A model generated the notes under the pieces. That model was not told the DNA's origin, did no database searches, and saw nothing but the letters and a program-made list of their open reading frames with translations. The translations under genes were made by a program, and so were the position numbers. Shown here one piece after another: positions 21,338 to 32,708 of a stretch of DNA of 64,000 bases. The stretch is taken from assembly GCA_973895155.1 (NCBI GenBank), contig OZ316896.1, forward strand, positions 2,108,001 to 2,172,000. The letters run 5' to 3'. Each line of letters opens with the position of its first letter. The stretch's first letter is position 1. Source of the stretch: Marsupella aquatica. Its lineage: Eukaryota; Plantae; Marchantiophyta.

Positions 21338-22959
21338 TCAAGCCATTTCATCAATTATAAGTCATCCTGTTCTAAACTACTGTGGATCTCAGCTTGGCAG
21401 TTGAGATGCAGCCAATCTTGGGCTCGCCTTTGCTGAGATGGGCAACCAGACCAAAAATCCGAAAAAAAAATTGAAATTTCAAAAACACTGAAAATGAAGT
21501 TTTCTCATCATATTGGATGCATGCCCGTAGCGTACAAACTCAGAGCATCGTGGCTTCCCTCATCAAGATGGGCGTCCGTCGTATGATATGGACTCGGTAT
21601 ATGATAAAAGGAATTGAAACAAACAAATAAAACCCTCCAGATCCCACCCAAATGTATTGATTTATGTATTATTATTTCCACATACACGAAATAGAAACCT
21701 TATGTTATACGTGCTCCATTACGCTTTCTCCTTCCACTCAAAATTTGAATTGGCCTGGCATCTCAGTCTCTCAAAGATAATGTGGCAGTTAATCGTATTA
21801 GTTGACTTATGAACTGAACTTACAACTGATGACATATATAGTTATACCAATCTTGGTAATAGAACTAAAATCTAAACTTGTAAGAAATTATTACGCAAAG
21901 AATTGTTACTCAAAGACAACTTGCACATGTGCAACATACAATGAACACACAAATGTCTACACACTAGATATTTGATTCACATCTTCAAAGGTTATGTCTA
22001 CAAGTTCCTACAAGAGAGCTTTCAAACTGCAGCTAAGCCCATCAATCATAACAAGTCTAATTATAACCAAGTACTTGACCCCGGTTAGACTAATGATGGT
22101 TACATAGTAACTCTAGAGCCAAGAATAAATGTTGAACAGAAATCTGGATAATTCAAGTGTGAAAAAATGATTGAAATTTGTAAAAAATTGTATGAGTGAA
22201 AATTATTTTAGGGATTGAATAGAATCACCAAGGCATTATGGCCATAATGGCCCCTAAAAACTGGGCTAAAGTCCTCATCTGTAGGCATGATAGCTCACTG
22301 GTTATGGCGTGTACTTTTGAGTGCAACTATATTTTACAATGCACACCTTGCTTTGAGGAGCACATTATGCAATGACCCATCTATCTAGGCATGAATAACT
22401 CAAAGTGCCTCAGTTTTGCCATGTAAAGCAAATAGTAAATTTGCTACTATTTGCATTGCCTACCTCTTTAATTATCTTTCTTTACAAATGTTGCATGGCC
22501 TTAGTTTCAGGGATTTAATCTTTTTTGATTCTTTTCAAAAATAACTCAAGGTTTTGCAAACTAAAAATTCTGGTTTTGAGCATTGTGGACCATAATATCC
22601 CCTCAAACTTGGGCCGTATATCCCACAATGCCCTCTTACCAGGTACCATAAAGACAGCCTACATTTCTCATCATAAAATGTAGCATGTTGACACTCAGCA
22701 ACTGCTCAGAAAAATCTGACTAAAATATGAAGTATTTGAAACGCATGCGGCATCTACAGAGCAATGGCTCACATTTCATTGAATGCTATGATATGCGCTT
22801 CTTAGTGAGCAATGGCTCAGGAAGGTGAGCTATGTCCTCTGTATTTGGGACAGACTAGAGAGCAATAGCCTACCCCCATGCCAGTGCATTGCACCAATAT
22901 TCTCAATAGCAAGTGATGTTGAGGGCAAGTCTGTTGAGCATAAGTATGATAATCAAGCA

Positions 22960-23510
22960 TGGACATTGTGGGGACGTAGTCTGATAACTGGATTAAAAGG
23001 CGTGTGCAAGCTTTGGGGAGAGTGGTGGGTTAGGGGTAGGAACAAGGACAGTGGCACCTTCCGGTCCATCTCATGGTTATGAAAATTGGGCTCCATAGTC
23101 ATCCTTCAGGTCCATCTCATGGTTATGAAAAATGCGCACCATAACCATCCTTCAGGTCCATCTCATGGTTAAACCACAAGTTGCCCAATATAAGGGGAAG
23201 TGTCCAAGACCTCCCCCTTTTTCCACATTTCAATCATTGTTCTCCTCTAGCATGCAAGTTTGCTCCACAATTTCAGGAAAATTCTCATTTTAATGGTAAC
23301 TACGGGTAACCCGCCTAACTTTTGAAGGGCAGTTGTGGTTTAAGAAAAAAGTCACCATAATCCAATGACCACAGGTCCATCTCCTGGTCATGAAAAAAGA
23401 GCACCATAATCATCCTTCAGGTCCATCTCCTCGTCATGAAAAAAGAGCACCATAATCATCCTTTAGGTCCGTCCATGGCTAAGGAAGAAGTCACCATAAT
23501 CCAATGATCA
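22960..23510. repeat. Repeat element with an internal ~48-bp tandem motif
   Basis: CACCATAATCATCCTTCAGGTCCATCTC.TGGT.ATGAAAAA occurs about 6 times. A related copy lies at ~57520-57700 (CAGTGGCACCTTC.GG.CCATCTCA.GGTTA.GAAAA). Confidence 0.75.
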
Positions 23511-23639
23511 CGCCCCAACACTAAAGATTATTCTTGGCCAAATGATATGTAGTAAACAAAACCATGGGAACTAAAGAGACCAATGGGATATTACAGAATT
23601 TAGATATAATTTCTTTGGAGCCCATGTCCATGACAGGAT

Positions 23640-24780
23640 GGACGACTACATTTACAAAATCATGATGAACGAATCGACTCCAGAAACGAGTCTACTCTTC
23701 ACTCGCAGATTGCTGCCTGCGTCTTCCCAAACTGTGTACAGGATGTCCTTTAGTTTTAGATGGGAACTAGGAATTTCGTTCCTGCTAATGTCAATCAGTT
23801 GTGATTGTCTTTCAGCCTAGCCGAATTGCCATCGTAATGCCCTCTTCTTTGTGGTCCTCGCCAATTTTCATTGTTTCTCCCTCGAAAGAATGTGGAATGG
23901 AATTCATTTGGACCTCGCCAATTGTTAGTAGCAACTCTCGAACCGATCAGCCATTAATTGGCTTCCAGCCAGACTTCCACATTTCCTTTCGTTGAGTCAC
24001 TTGAAACGCCCAGTTCGTGGAAGACGTGCCATTCTTTTACAGCACGAATGTCCTCGTGACATTGCAAATCCAGTAATGAATTCCCAAAAGGACAGCACTC
24101 ATATGTAAAGAGAGGCTGGCCATATTCCAAAAGAAAATCGTATGAGATTCGGCGTAACATAACAAAATTGTCGAGCGCCTCCGATGGCTGTTATTGATTG
24201 CACCAGCCGCAAATCTCGAGTTTCCCTCTCGGTTTCCCTTGCGAAAGAAATCCTGTGCTTTGCTCTGTGAGCCCTGACCCCTTCTCGAAATCCTATTCGA
24301 ACATGGTCCAATCTTTTCCGCTTTTCGAATGCGATACGTCAATTTGATAGCCACTCTTCCCACAATTCCAGCGCACCTAACAGTGTGCAATTCCGAGGAG
24401 GTGAATCCGACCACCCTTCTCTCCGCTGAGGTAGCAGCTCGACTCCCTAACCTTTAGACCCTAAAATAGGAAGCTCAGCTGCTCTTGCTTCCGTGACTCT
24501 CCCTAGAATCCACCCCGGAATCCACCTCCACGTACGCCGCGGAATGGCCAGCCCTTCCACGTCGCGGAATTCTAGCTTGGGTTCATCACGTAATGCAGGG
24601 ACATGCCGCTGTGATAGGGTTGAAGGAGTCGCACAAGTCCGGGCTCGATGAGCCCTTCCTTGGATTCGATGTTGCATTGTTGGGTAACAACGATTGTTTA
24701 GTACATGTCATGTAGCGGCATTCGGCTGTGAGAGGGTTTGAAGGTCCGGGAAATACGCTCGAGAGAGGTGGCACTGGCGT
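23640..24780 (-). pseudogene. Decayed coding-like region, unknown family
   Basis: Higher GC, with chained minus-strand ORF fragments broken by stops (e.g. ALDNFVMLRRISYDFLLEYGQPLFTYECCPFGNSLLDLQCHEDIRAVKEWHVFHELG). Confidence 0.25.
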
Positions 24781-25134
24781 TAGCTGCCGACATACCCCAC
24801 AGTATAGTTCCTCTTACGTACATAAGGTACGCTTCACGGTACTGTATGTCAGTGGGGCGAAGGTCGAGATACTCTGAACTTAACTATGTCTATTCGATAC
24901 ATAGATACAATACGGCGAGGCTAGAAAGAAGGTCTCTGGACCTCTACCTCGACACATTCTAGCGCAGCAGCGGTGGCAAGAAAGTCAAGCCGCGATCATT
25001 CGATGGGTTCTTACTCCCATGCAGCTAGTCCGAGCGACATGAATTCATTCTACTGACCAAGTAGACCAATTCCATGTTAGACACGAACTTCGCTACCATT
25101 TCATTTGACAAGCTGCAAAGCTATTCGATAGATT

Positions 25135-27066
25135 ATGGGCAAGCGGTGGTGTTCTTCATGGCCAGAGAGCAAATTGATGGTGGGGTTCTTCTGCACTTCG
25201 ATTTCCTGCCTACTGCTCCTCATACTTCTCCACCTTAGTACCTCTGACAATTATGCCTTACCCTGCAGCAACTGCAAGCTGTTGGGATCATTACGATCAC
25301 CAGAGGAGATCGCGAGCGTAAACTTCGAGGAGAACATCAAGAAGGTGCTGGCCGAGGTCATGGCGAATCTGAGCAGCAGTACTTCACACAGTACCGATTC
25401 ACGCAGCTCCCCTGGATCAGATTCAGTGCGCCAACCAGAGGTGAAAGTTACACAATTGCCAGCAACAACAAATGATCGTCCACACGAAAAGCTGGATGAT
25501 CCAGAGACGTACGGGGAAGCCCGACGATTCAAGCCGCTGGGCATCGGGGCCTTTTTGTTCATTCAATTCGGAGCTTACCGAGGCGGTTCCAACACCTTTG
25601 CTGTGGTGGGGCTGGGCAACAAGGGCCTGCACAAGTATGGAAATCCCGGCTTCGAGTGCAGCTGGGTGTCAAATGGTGAGAACCCCACTACCGTGCACGG
25701 CAATACGACTAAGTACTACCCTGATTTTCACTACAACAAGCAGTATCGCGTTGTTGTAGTACATTGCAATTTCGAATCGGACGTCGGCGTGGACGGAAGC
25801 GGAGGCAGGTTGGAGTTTGTGGCTAATCACGGGAGCACGGATCAAACAGGTCTTCCAGATGTCCAATTCGTGGCACTCACGGAGGAGCCCAACAAATACG
25901 ACAGCTCGATTTATGGACCGCCGTATAAGTACGATTATCTATATTGCGGATCGCCTCTTTACGGGTCCATCAATCCGCAGAGAATGAGGGAATGGATTGC
26001 GTATCACGTGAGGCTTTTTGGTCCTCGATCGCACTTCATCTTGTACGACGCGGGGGGAATTCATGATGACGTGCGAAAAATTCTTCGACCATGGATCAAG
26101 CTTGGATTCGTTTCCCTCATCAACTTCAGGCAGGAAGCTCGCTACGACGTCTACTACTACAGCCAGTTTCTGGTCAACAATGACTGTTTATTCCAGGCCA
26201 AGACCTTGGCAAATTGGACCTTTTACTTCGACGTCGACGAATACATGTATGTCCAGGATGACCTCCGCTTCGACCAGGTGATGTTGAGCTACTACAACAA
26301 GGGCCGAAGAGCACAGCAGTTGAACATCAGGCAGAAACTAATGGATCACAATCACTGTCGCAACGAATCTCCTCGCTCGCAAGAGAGGTACACCCTAAGC
26401 TCAGGAGTACTAGCCTGACTGGTCGGTCCGGAGATAATTTTGTTCGAGCTAGCGATTATTGATGTGAAGTCTCATTAACTGAAATAACCGGTATAAGCTG
26501 ATCATTTTCCTCAGCTGAATAGTTATGTGTGGATCATGGGCAAAAGTTCAAACGAGTTTTTCTAAGCAGACGAAACTAACCGCAAGTTTTAATGGGTCAT
26601 ACAGTACATATTCTCCAGAAAGTTTCGTTTGTCGTCGATCAGTTCATCGTAGTTCAAGTCTAACACCATTGTGTATCCTAGCAGACAATGGGGGTTTGAG
26701 AAACTGGTGTACAGATGCACGGAAGCCACCAAAGAAATCGTGGGGTTCGGGGACCGGAAATATGCAATTCAACCGCAGTACGCGTTGGCCACAAGTGTAC
26801 ACGGAACAGAGCATGTCCTTCTGCCTGAGGGAACGTCCGACTATCGACACACGATAGTATACAACGACTGGAGATTGTACTACTACCACTACCACAATAC
26901 CATCAACCGCCCTTCGGAGCTCTGCGAGGAGTTCGTGGATGCAGCACTGAACCAGACAAGGATTTTAAACGCAACCCATGTTGTTGATACAAACATGTCT
27001 CTGTTGGCTGATGCTGTAAAGGAGTTCGAGAAAAGAACTTTAGGACCTCAACCATATTTGGTTTAA
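25135..27066 (+). CDS. Glycosyltransferase family 92 (DUF23), galactan beta-1,4-galactosyltransferase GALS-like; exons 25135-26387 and 26685-27066, ~544 aa
   Basis: Type II TM anchor. Motifs AFLFIQFGAYRGG.NTFAVVGL, YDYLYCGSPLYG.INPQRMREWIAYH, YDAGGIH, QFLVNNDCL, YFDVDEY, WGFEKLVY, DRKYAIQP, YYHYHNTI. Phase-2 GT-AG intron 26388-26684. Confidence 0.95.
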
Positions 27067-27190
27067 GGCATCGATCGATCTTGATCAATCTCTGCGGCCA
27101 TTGTAGGTCGATCTGCCCTCGAGGCTTATGTACCATATAATGCACTCCTCAATTACGACCTTAGGAGTTAGTTGCAGACTGCATAGAAAT

Positions 27191-27420
27191 CATTCACATC
27201 TACTAGACGGTCATCAATTTGGGGAGAGCCTTCTGCAAATGAGAACACCATTCACATCTACTGGACGGTCATCAATTTGGGGAGAGCCTTCTGCAAATGA
27301 GAACACCATTCACATCTACTGGACGGTCATCAATTTGGGGAGAGCCTTCTGCAAATGAGAACACCATTCACATCTACTGGACGGTCATCAATTTGGGGAG
27401 AGCCTTCTGCAAATGAGAAC
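27191..27420. repeat. 58-bp tandem repeat x4 in the GT92 3' region
   Basis: CATTCACATCTACTGGACGGTCATCAATTTGGGGAGAGCCTTCTGCAAATGAGAACAC at 27191, 27249, 27307, 27365, nearly identical. Confidence 0.97.
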
Positions 27421-27979
27421 GTTTCTGTCAAGCGGAAAAGTGTACATTGGTCCGACCAGAGAAAAGGAGTACTTATATATATGCAAGGACTGTAGTAGAA
27501 ACCCATAGGAACCCATTTAAGGGCAGACGCAGATTAGGTTCGGAGATGGTCACCGTTCCAGGGACGTCCTGAAGCCATTATCAAACATCGGAGTAGATCA
27601 TAAACAATTTTATGGTCCTATCTGTTTGTGACAACCTTAGGAGTATCATCTGGATTGATGCAAGTAATACTAGTGATACCATTACGGCGTGTTAGAATAG
27701 GGTCACAAATGAGATGAGATAGTACCATAAAAAATTGTTTTATGGCCAAGAAATAAGGGGTTACAGTACACCATACCTAAATAGAAGCCTTGAAATAAGG
27801 AGTTAGAGGCTACCTAAATACAAGCCCCCTACCAGGCATGTCAAAATAAAGCCATAAATGAAATAGTGCTATAAAATTATTTTATGGCCAGGAAGTCAGG
27901 AGTTACAAGCTACTTAATATAAGCACCATAGGAAGAAACTAAAGCCAGGATGGACGGCTATGTTGTCTATAGCTATCTA

Positions 27980-28352
27980 CACTGTTCACCGTAATTAATG
28001 TTATACAAAAATTAGTGTTGCTACAAACACTAATTTTGGTAAAAATGATTTTGAGTCCAAGTAACACTAAATTTTGTCGGTTTTCAAAACATATTTTTTT
28101 CACTTTAGTTTAAATTGCTTGTAAAAAATGAATGATCTTGAATCCAAAGTAACACTAATTGTTGTGGATTTTTCAAAATACAGTAGTTCTTTTCTCTCTA
28201 ATTTACCACTCTTAAGACCATAATAACACTAATTCATGTGCGGGGAAATAATGTTAGCACAAAATTAGTGTGACTAACACTAATTCTCTAGTAGACCCTG
28301 AAAATGGGCGCTCTTGAATTAGTGTTAGTCACACTAATTACGGTGAACAGTG
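27980..28352. mobile_element. Non-autonomous DNA transposon (MITE) with CACTG termini, copy 1
   Basis: Perfect 18-bp TIR CACTGTTCACCGTAATTA...TAATTACGGTGAACAGTG, TA on both flanks, many subterminal AACACTAATT/AATTAGTGTT motifs. Confidence 0.9.
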
Positions 28353-30260
28353 TAGCTATCCCCATGGACAGTGACAACCAACAGACCATCTAACACCCAA
28401 TCATACCTGATCATGAGATAGCCCAACTGCATTCTCTCATTAATTGTTTACCCTGTCACTTTAAGACCATTATGTGCTCACCTGAAAGTCAAATTGAGAA
28501 TGTAAATGGAATGGAGTAAAGATGCACATTTTCAATTTTCCGCATCTCTGTATCGGCAAAGTACTCGAAGCCTCCTTGTAACAAGAGCAGCGCCGCCTGA
28601 AAAACATGATTTCCAGTAGCTCTGCATCCAAAATATTACTCAAAGCGCTTCTTGGAACAAGAGTAGGGCTCTCTGAAAAATAGGATTAATTAACGATACT
28701 TTCAAAAAATAAAATATCAAGTGCTTTGTAGCAATAAAGTAGTCAAAACACTATTTACAATAAGTACCATGGTCTCCGCAACAATGCTTATGCAAAGTAA
28801 AATTTCCTTTAGCTCCACAATGAAAAATTACTACAATCCCAGTAACAAGAGAAATGTTCTATAAAAAATAACATTTTCCAAAAGTTATATAGTCATTGTG
28901 CAAAGTATCAATGCCCTAGACTCTTAAGAAAGTGTGTAGAAAATTGTAATCCAGTTGTGAAATTGAGCTTATTTGGGCTTTAGATTTGCCCCCTAGCCTC
29001 CTTGGCGGGAATTATTTCGTTTGTTCATGAGTCATTGTGCTGCTTGCTTCCCCCCTTTTGTAGGGCTTATAAACATTGAGAAAATTTACTTAAGTACATA
29101 TGAATAAAATGTGAAGCACTCAGTCTAATTAAAGTTTCATAAACCATGAAGGCCATATAAAGTATTTATGTAAGGACCTAAATGTACTTTATATTTTATT
29201 TTTGAACTCTAAGAAATAATTAGAGTAACTATATGGAGGGGAAACAATATGGGGAGAATGAAGCGAATTGAAGCTCCCAATTAAAGTGCTCTGGCCACTG
29301 ACAAAATATCTTTATGACAAAAGTGGTGACAGGGTTAATGACAAGGAAAGTCTTTGGACAGAAGTGATAATTTGGTCATTGATAGTGCACTTTAAGGATA
29401 AAAAAGTAAACAATAGTATCCATGCATATTATTATGTTTCAGCCTAGTCCATCCAAGTTTCATTTATCCATGACTGTGGACTTCATGGACAGCCTGGCTA
29501 TTGGTCCATCCCAGCTTTAAATTCTCATAAGAATCTAGTTATAGTCTAACTAAATATGCCCCATAAGAATCTTATGTCTAGAGAGTTTTAGCCTTAAGAA
29601 ATATGGAATTACAAGCTACCTAACTACAAGCCACACAAGAATCTTATGTCCAAAAAGTTTCAGACCATAAGACTTTGCAAAGGGCAATAGTTTGTTTGAT
29701 AAGCCCTTATATGAAACGGGTAATACAAAGAACCCATTCAAGCAAGAGCAGAAGAGAGACAACCCGCAAATTTGTGCAGCAAATGCAAGCATCATTCAAG
29801 TTTGGTTTCACTCTGTAAGGTGGTCTGGTTCATCATTCACCTTCCAATCACTTACAAGTCCACAAGTAACCACATTTTTCAAGTATTACATCTCATTAAA
29901 CCACTACTACGGGTATATAAGGCAGTCTCATACACTGTACGGTATTATACGAGCTCAACTCTTGCACAAGGGAACACAAAAGGTAACGGGCGGACATAGG
30001 GAACAACTATTGTGCAGCTATTGTGTCTTTTGGGTTTTTGACAGCCAACCGTCTGTAGGGCCTTGTCATGTCTTTAGTCAATCTTTGTGGTCCACAAGAT
30101 GCTAGAAGTACTTTCCTGAAAAATAAGGAAAAACTTTAAAGATAACACTGGTACTGAGCATTGAGCTGCACTCTGGCTAATAAGGAAAAACCTTAAAGAA
30201 TACACTGGTAAAGTTGAGCTAATGGGAGTTTGTAGGATGTGTAAATAGCGTAATCGCCTT

Positions 30261-30561
30261 AAGTAACCCTGCCGGTAATCACACATCAAAATGTGATTGG
30301 TAATATACAATGTGTACTCACTGATCTAAAGAAAATAATGAGGTTGATCATGGCATGGAGTGTCTGATATCTAACACAAGTATCTGTCATATTTTGATGT
30401 GCAATTATGGCGACCCCCTAAGTAAGCACTCTTGGTAATCACACATGAAAATGTAGTAATATAGGGTGTGCACTCACTAAATTTAAAGAAAATAAGGATA
30501 TTTATCATGGTATGGAACTATGTCCTACACCCCATATATGTCAATATTTTGATATGCAGTT
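30261..30561. repeat. Degenerate ~160-bp tandem duplication
   Basis: AAGTAA...GGTAATCACACAT.AAAATGT...GTG.ACTCACT...TAAAGAAAATAA...TCATGG.ATGGA...ATATTTTGAT.TGCA twice. Confidence 0.7.
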
Positions 30562-32249
30562 TAAATCCTAAATCCTACATCGTGCCAGTCTCCGTCCATC
30601 ACCCGCCTGTATCCCAGCGTTTAGAGTCATGCAGATCTCAATTCGAACGTAAACTTCATCGAGCCAGATAGACTACTGACGGCACTGCCATGAATTTGTA
30701 TGTATGGTTGTTCTTTGGCAAACTTACTCGCTTTTGCAGCAAACTCCCCGAATGTGCGAGCTCTTCCTGGCAGACGGCTTTCTGGTTCATTGTCCGTTGG
30801 AAGCTGCCCCGTCTTCCTCTCACAGTGGTGAGCTCAATCGTTTGGACAAGCTGGGTCATGCATTGAGGCAGATGGGTTAATCACAATGCATTGACCTATA
30901 GTTATTTTTTAACACATTATTCGATCCGGTTTTGTGAGCGATAGTATTGAATGAGCGAGCTGAGAGCCAAAAACTTGATTCGATTAAGGCGGAAATCGCG
31001 TTTGGGTGAGAGGAAACTATCAGTTCGGAGAGAAAATGAATGGAAGGCGATGGAAGTGGCTTCAAGTTCAAGTTCTCCACCTTGTACAGGATTTGTCTTT
31101 TGTGTTCGACGCGCTACTTAGTAGCCCTAGGTTTTTGGCGAGAGAATGCATGAATTTTTCTAGAAATCTAAGGATCCAGAAGGGAACGAATTTCTGAATT
31201 GGAGCCCAGAGAGAGAAATGGAGGGAGATTCGGCTTTCCAGCTGACGAGATGGGGCCAGACCTCCAATTGCAGTGTCCACGGCGTCGGTCTGTTGGTTAT
31301 ATTTTTGTGCTCGCAGTCGCCAATCTAGTGGAGTGGCCTTGTGAATGACATGGGGTGCACGCCTGCCATTTTGGTATGTTTTTTTTTAAAGCAGGTCGGG
31401 AGGGAAGGTATCTTTCAAGGTGACACTGACGTCGGATCCAAAGCTTCCATACAAAGTGTAATAGCCTCTTCTTTGAATTTTCATGATTTTTTATCTCCTT
31501 TGTATCGGTTGTCAAAAATACCTTCTAAGACATTTCAATTCATGGCAAGTGCTTGTATTCTCTTCTCCATCGTTTTTGAGCGCCTGGCGCACGCTCACTG
31601 AAGGGCAGTGTGTTAGCACTAGCTGCTTATGGATAACATGGTGTACCAATGAACTGACTTCGAAGTGGCGTTCTTTGTCCTTCAGTTTCAGCGTACCTGA
31701 AGAAGCTCCCTTCACTGCTGTGTTGAAGTTCGCCGCATAGGAGTTTAAGGTTCCACCGCAAACGAGTGCAATCATCACCAATGGTAATCGTGCCCTAAAA
31801 CTGAATTTCTTGCACCCTCGTGTATCTTGTGCGTTGTAGTCGTATGCGACCAGGAGCTGTTAAAACTCAAGATTTTAGGCGTCAGTTGAAGCAATAGTTT
31901 TTTTTCTGGATGCACAATTTGCTAATGTTCTTTCCTGTGATGATTTGAGCAGATGGCGTTGGGATCAACCCTCAACAAAGTGCAGGTAATATTAATCGTT
32001 GAGGATTGGATTGCGATGTCGTTCTAACAATCTGTGATTAACACGGTTGCTGGCATAATCTTTCTGGCAGGCACTTTTTGGGTGCGGTGAGCAAAGGTTT
32101 ACTCGGCCTACATATTTGCTGCGATTGTAGTTTGAGCCAGGCTCAGAAATCCGAATATATTGGAAATCGAGAGTCACAGGACAGGAGCTCTAATTGTCAT
32201 CGACGAACGAAGTGTTACAGCACAGCCGAGGTGAAACGAGCAGCAGACG

Positions 32250-32708
32250 ATGTCTTACGAAGTATTTAAAGTAGTTTCTACCGGGCTTGGTGCCGATGAT
32301 CACCATGCGCTGTTTGTCAAAACTGAAACTCAGGATAACAGTGGGGGTGGCAACATTTTTCATGTGGTTGGTAGTGTCCTAAATGGTATGACTTATGAGT
32401 GTAAGTCAACACCCGATCCACAGCTTGATATGACTTATCAGAGTAGGAAATTCCTTGGAACTGTTTCAGTTACCAACTATTGTCGTATTGAACAGATATG
32501 CAAAACTATTCCGGCCCCACAGAAACAATTTGATGGTTTCAGGCGAATTTCTGCATCTGTGCCACTCCGTCACTGTCAGCACTGGTTAGCTGACGTGATC
32601 CAAGCTCTCATAAACGAGGGCATTTTGGAGGAGCAACAGGAGAACTATGACTCGCTTTTTGTAGGAGAAGTACAAGATTCCAATAAAGTTGAACAGATTT
32701 TTGGGTGA
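32250..32708 (+). CDS. Small protein resembling the fungal DUF6540 family (putative permuted papain-like His/Cys fold), 152 aa
   Basis: MSYEVF...HHALFVKTE...GNIFHVVG...GMTYECK...FLGTV...RIEQICKTIPAPQKQFDG.RRI...PLRHCQHWLADVIQALINEGIL follows the pattern I recall for ascomycete DUF6540 proteins. Intact ORF with a paralogue at 14161-14551. Putative 5'UTR intron 31986-32130 (GTAATA...GATTGTAG). Confidence 0.8.
   Translation: MSYEVFKVVSTGLGADDHHALFVKTETQDNSGGGNIFHVVGSVLNGMTYECKSTPDPQLDMTYQSRKFLGTVSVTNYCRIEQICKTIPAPQKQFDGFRRISASVPLRHCQHWLADVIQALINEGILEEQQENYDSLFVGEVQDSNKVEQIFG

Noticed and set aside
22283-22330. tRNA A-box-like TAGCTCACTGGTTATGGCG
   Set aside because: No B-box or cloverleaf follows.
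27191-27420. Regular repeats that could be mistaken for a CRISPR array
   Set aside because: Units are contiguous and identical with no unique spacers, there are no cas genes, and the context is eukaryotic.
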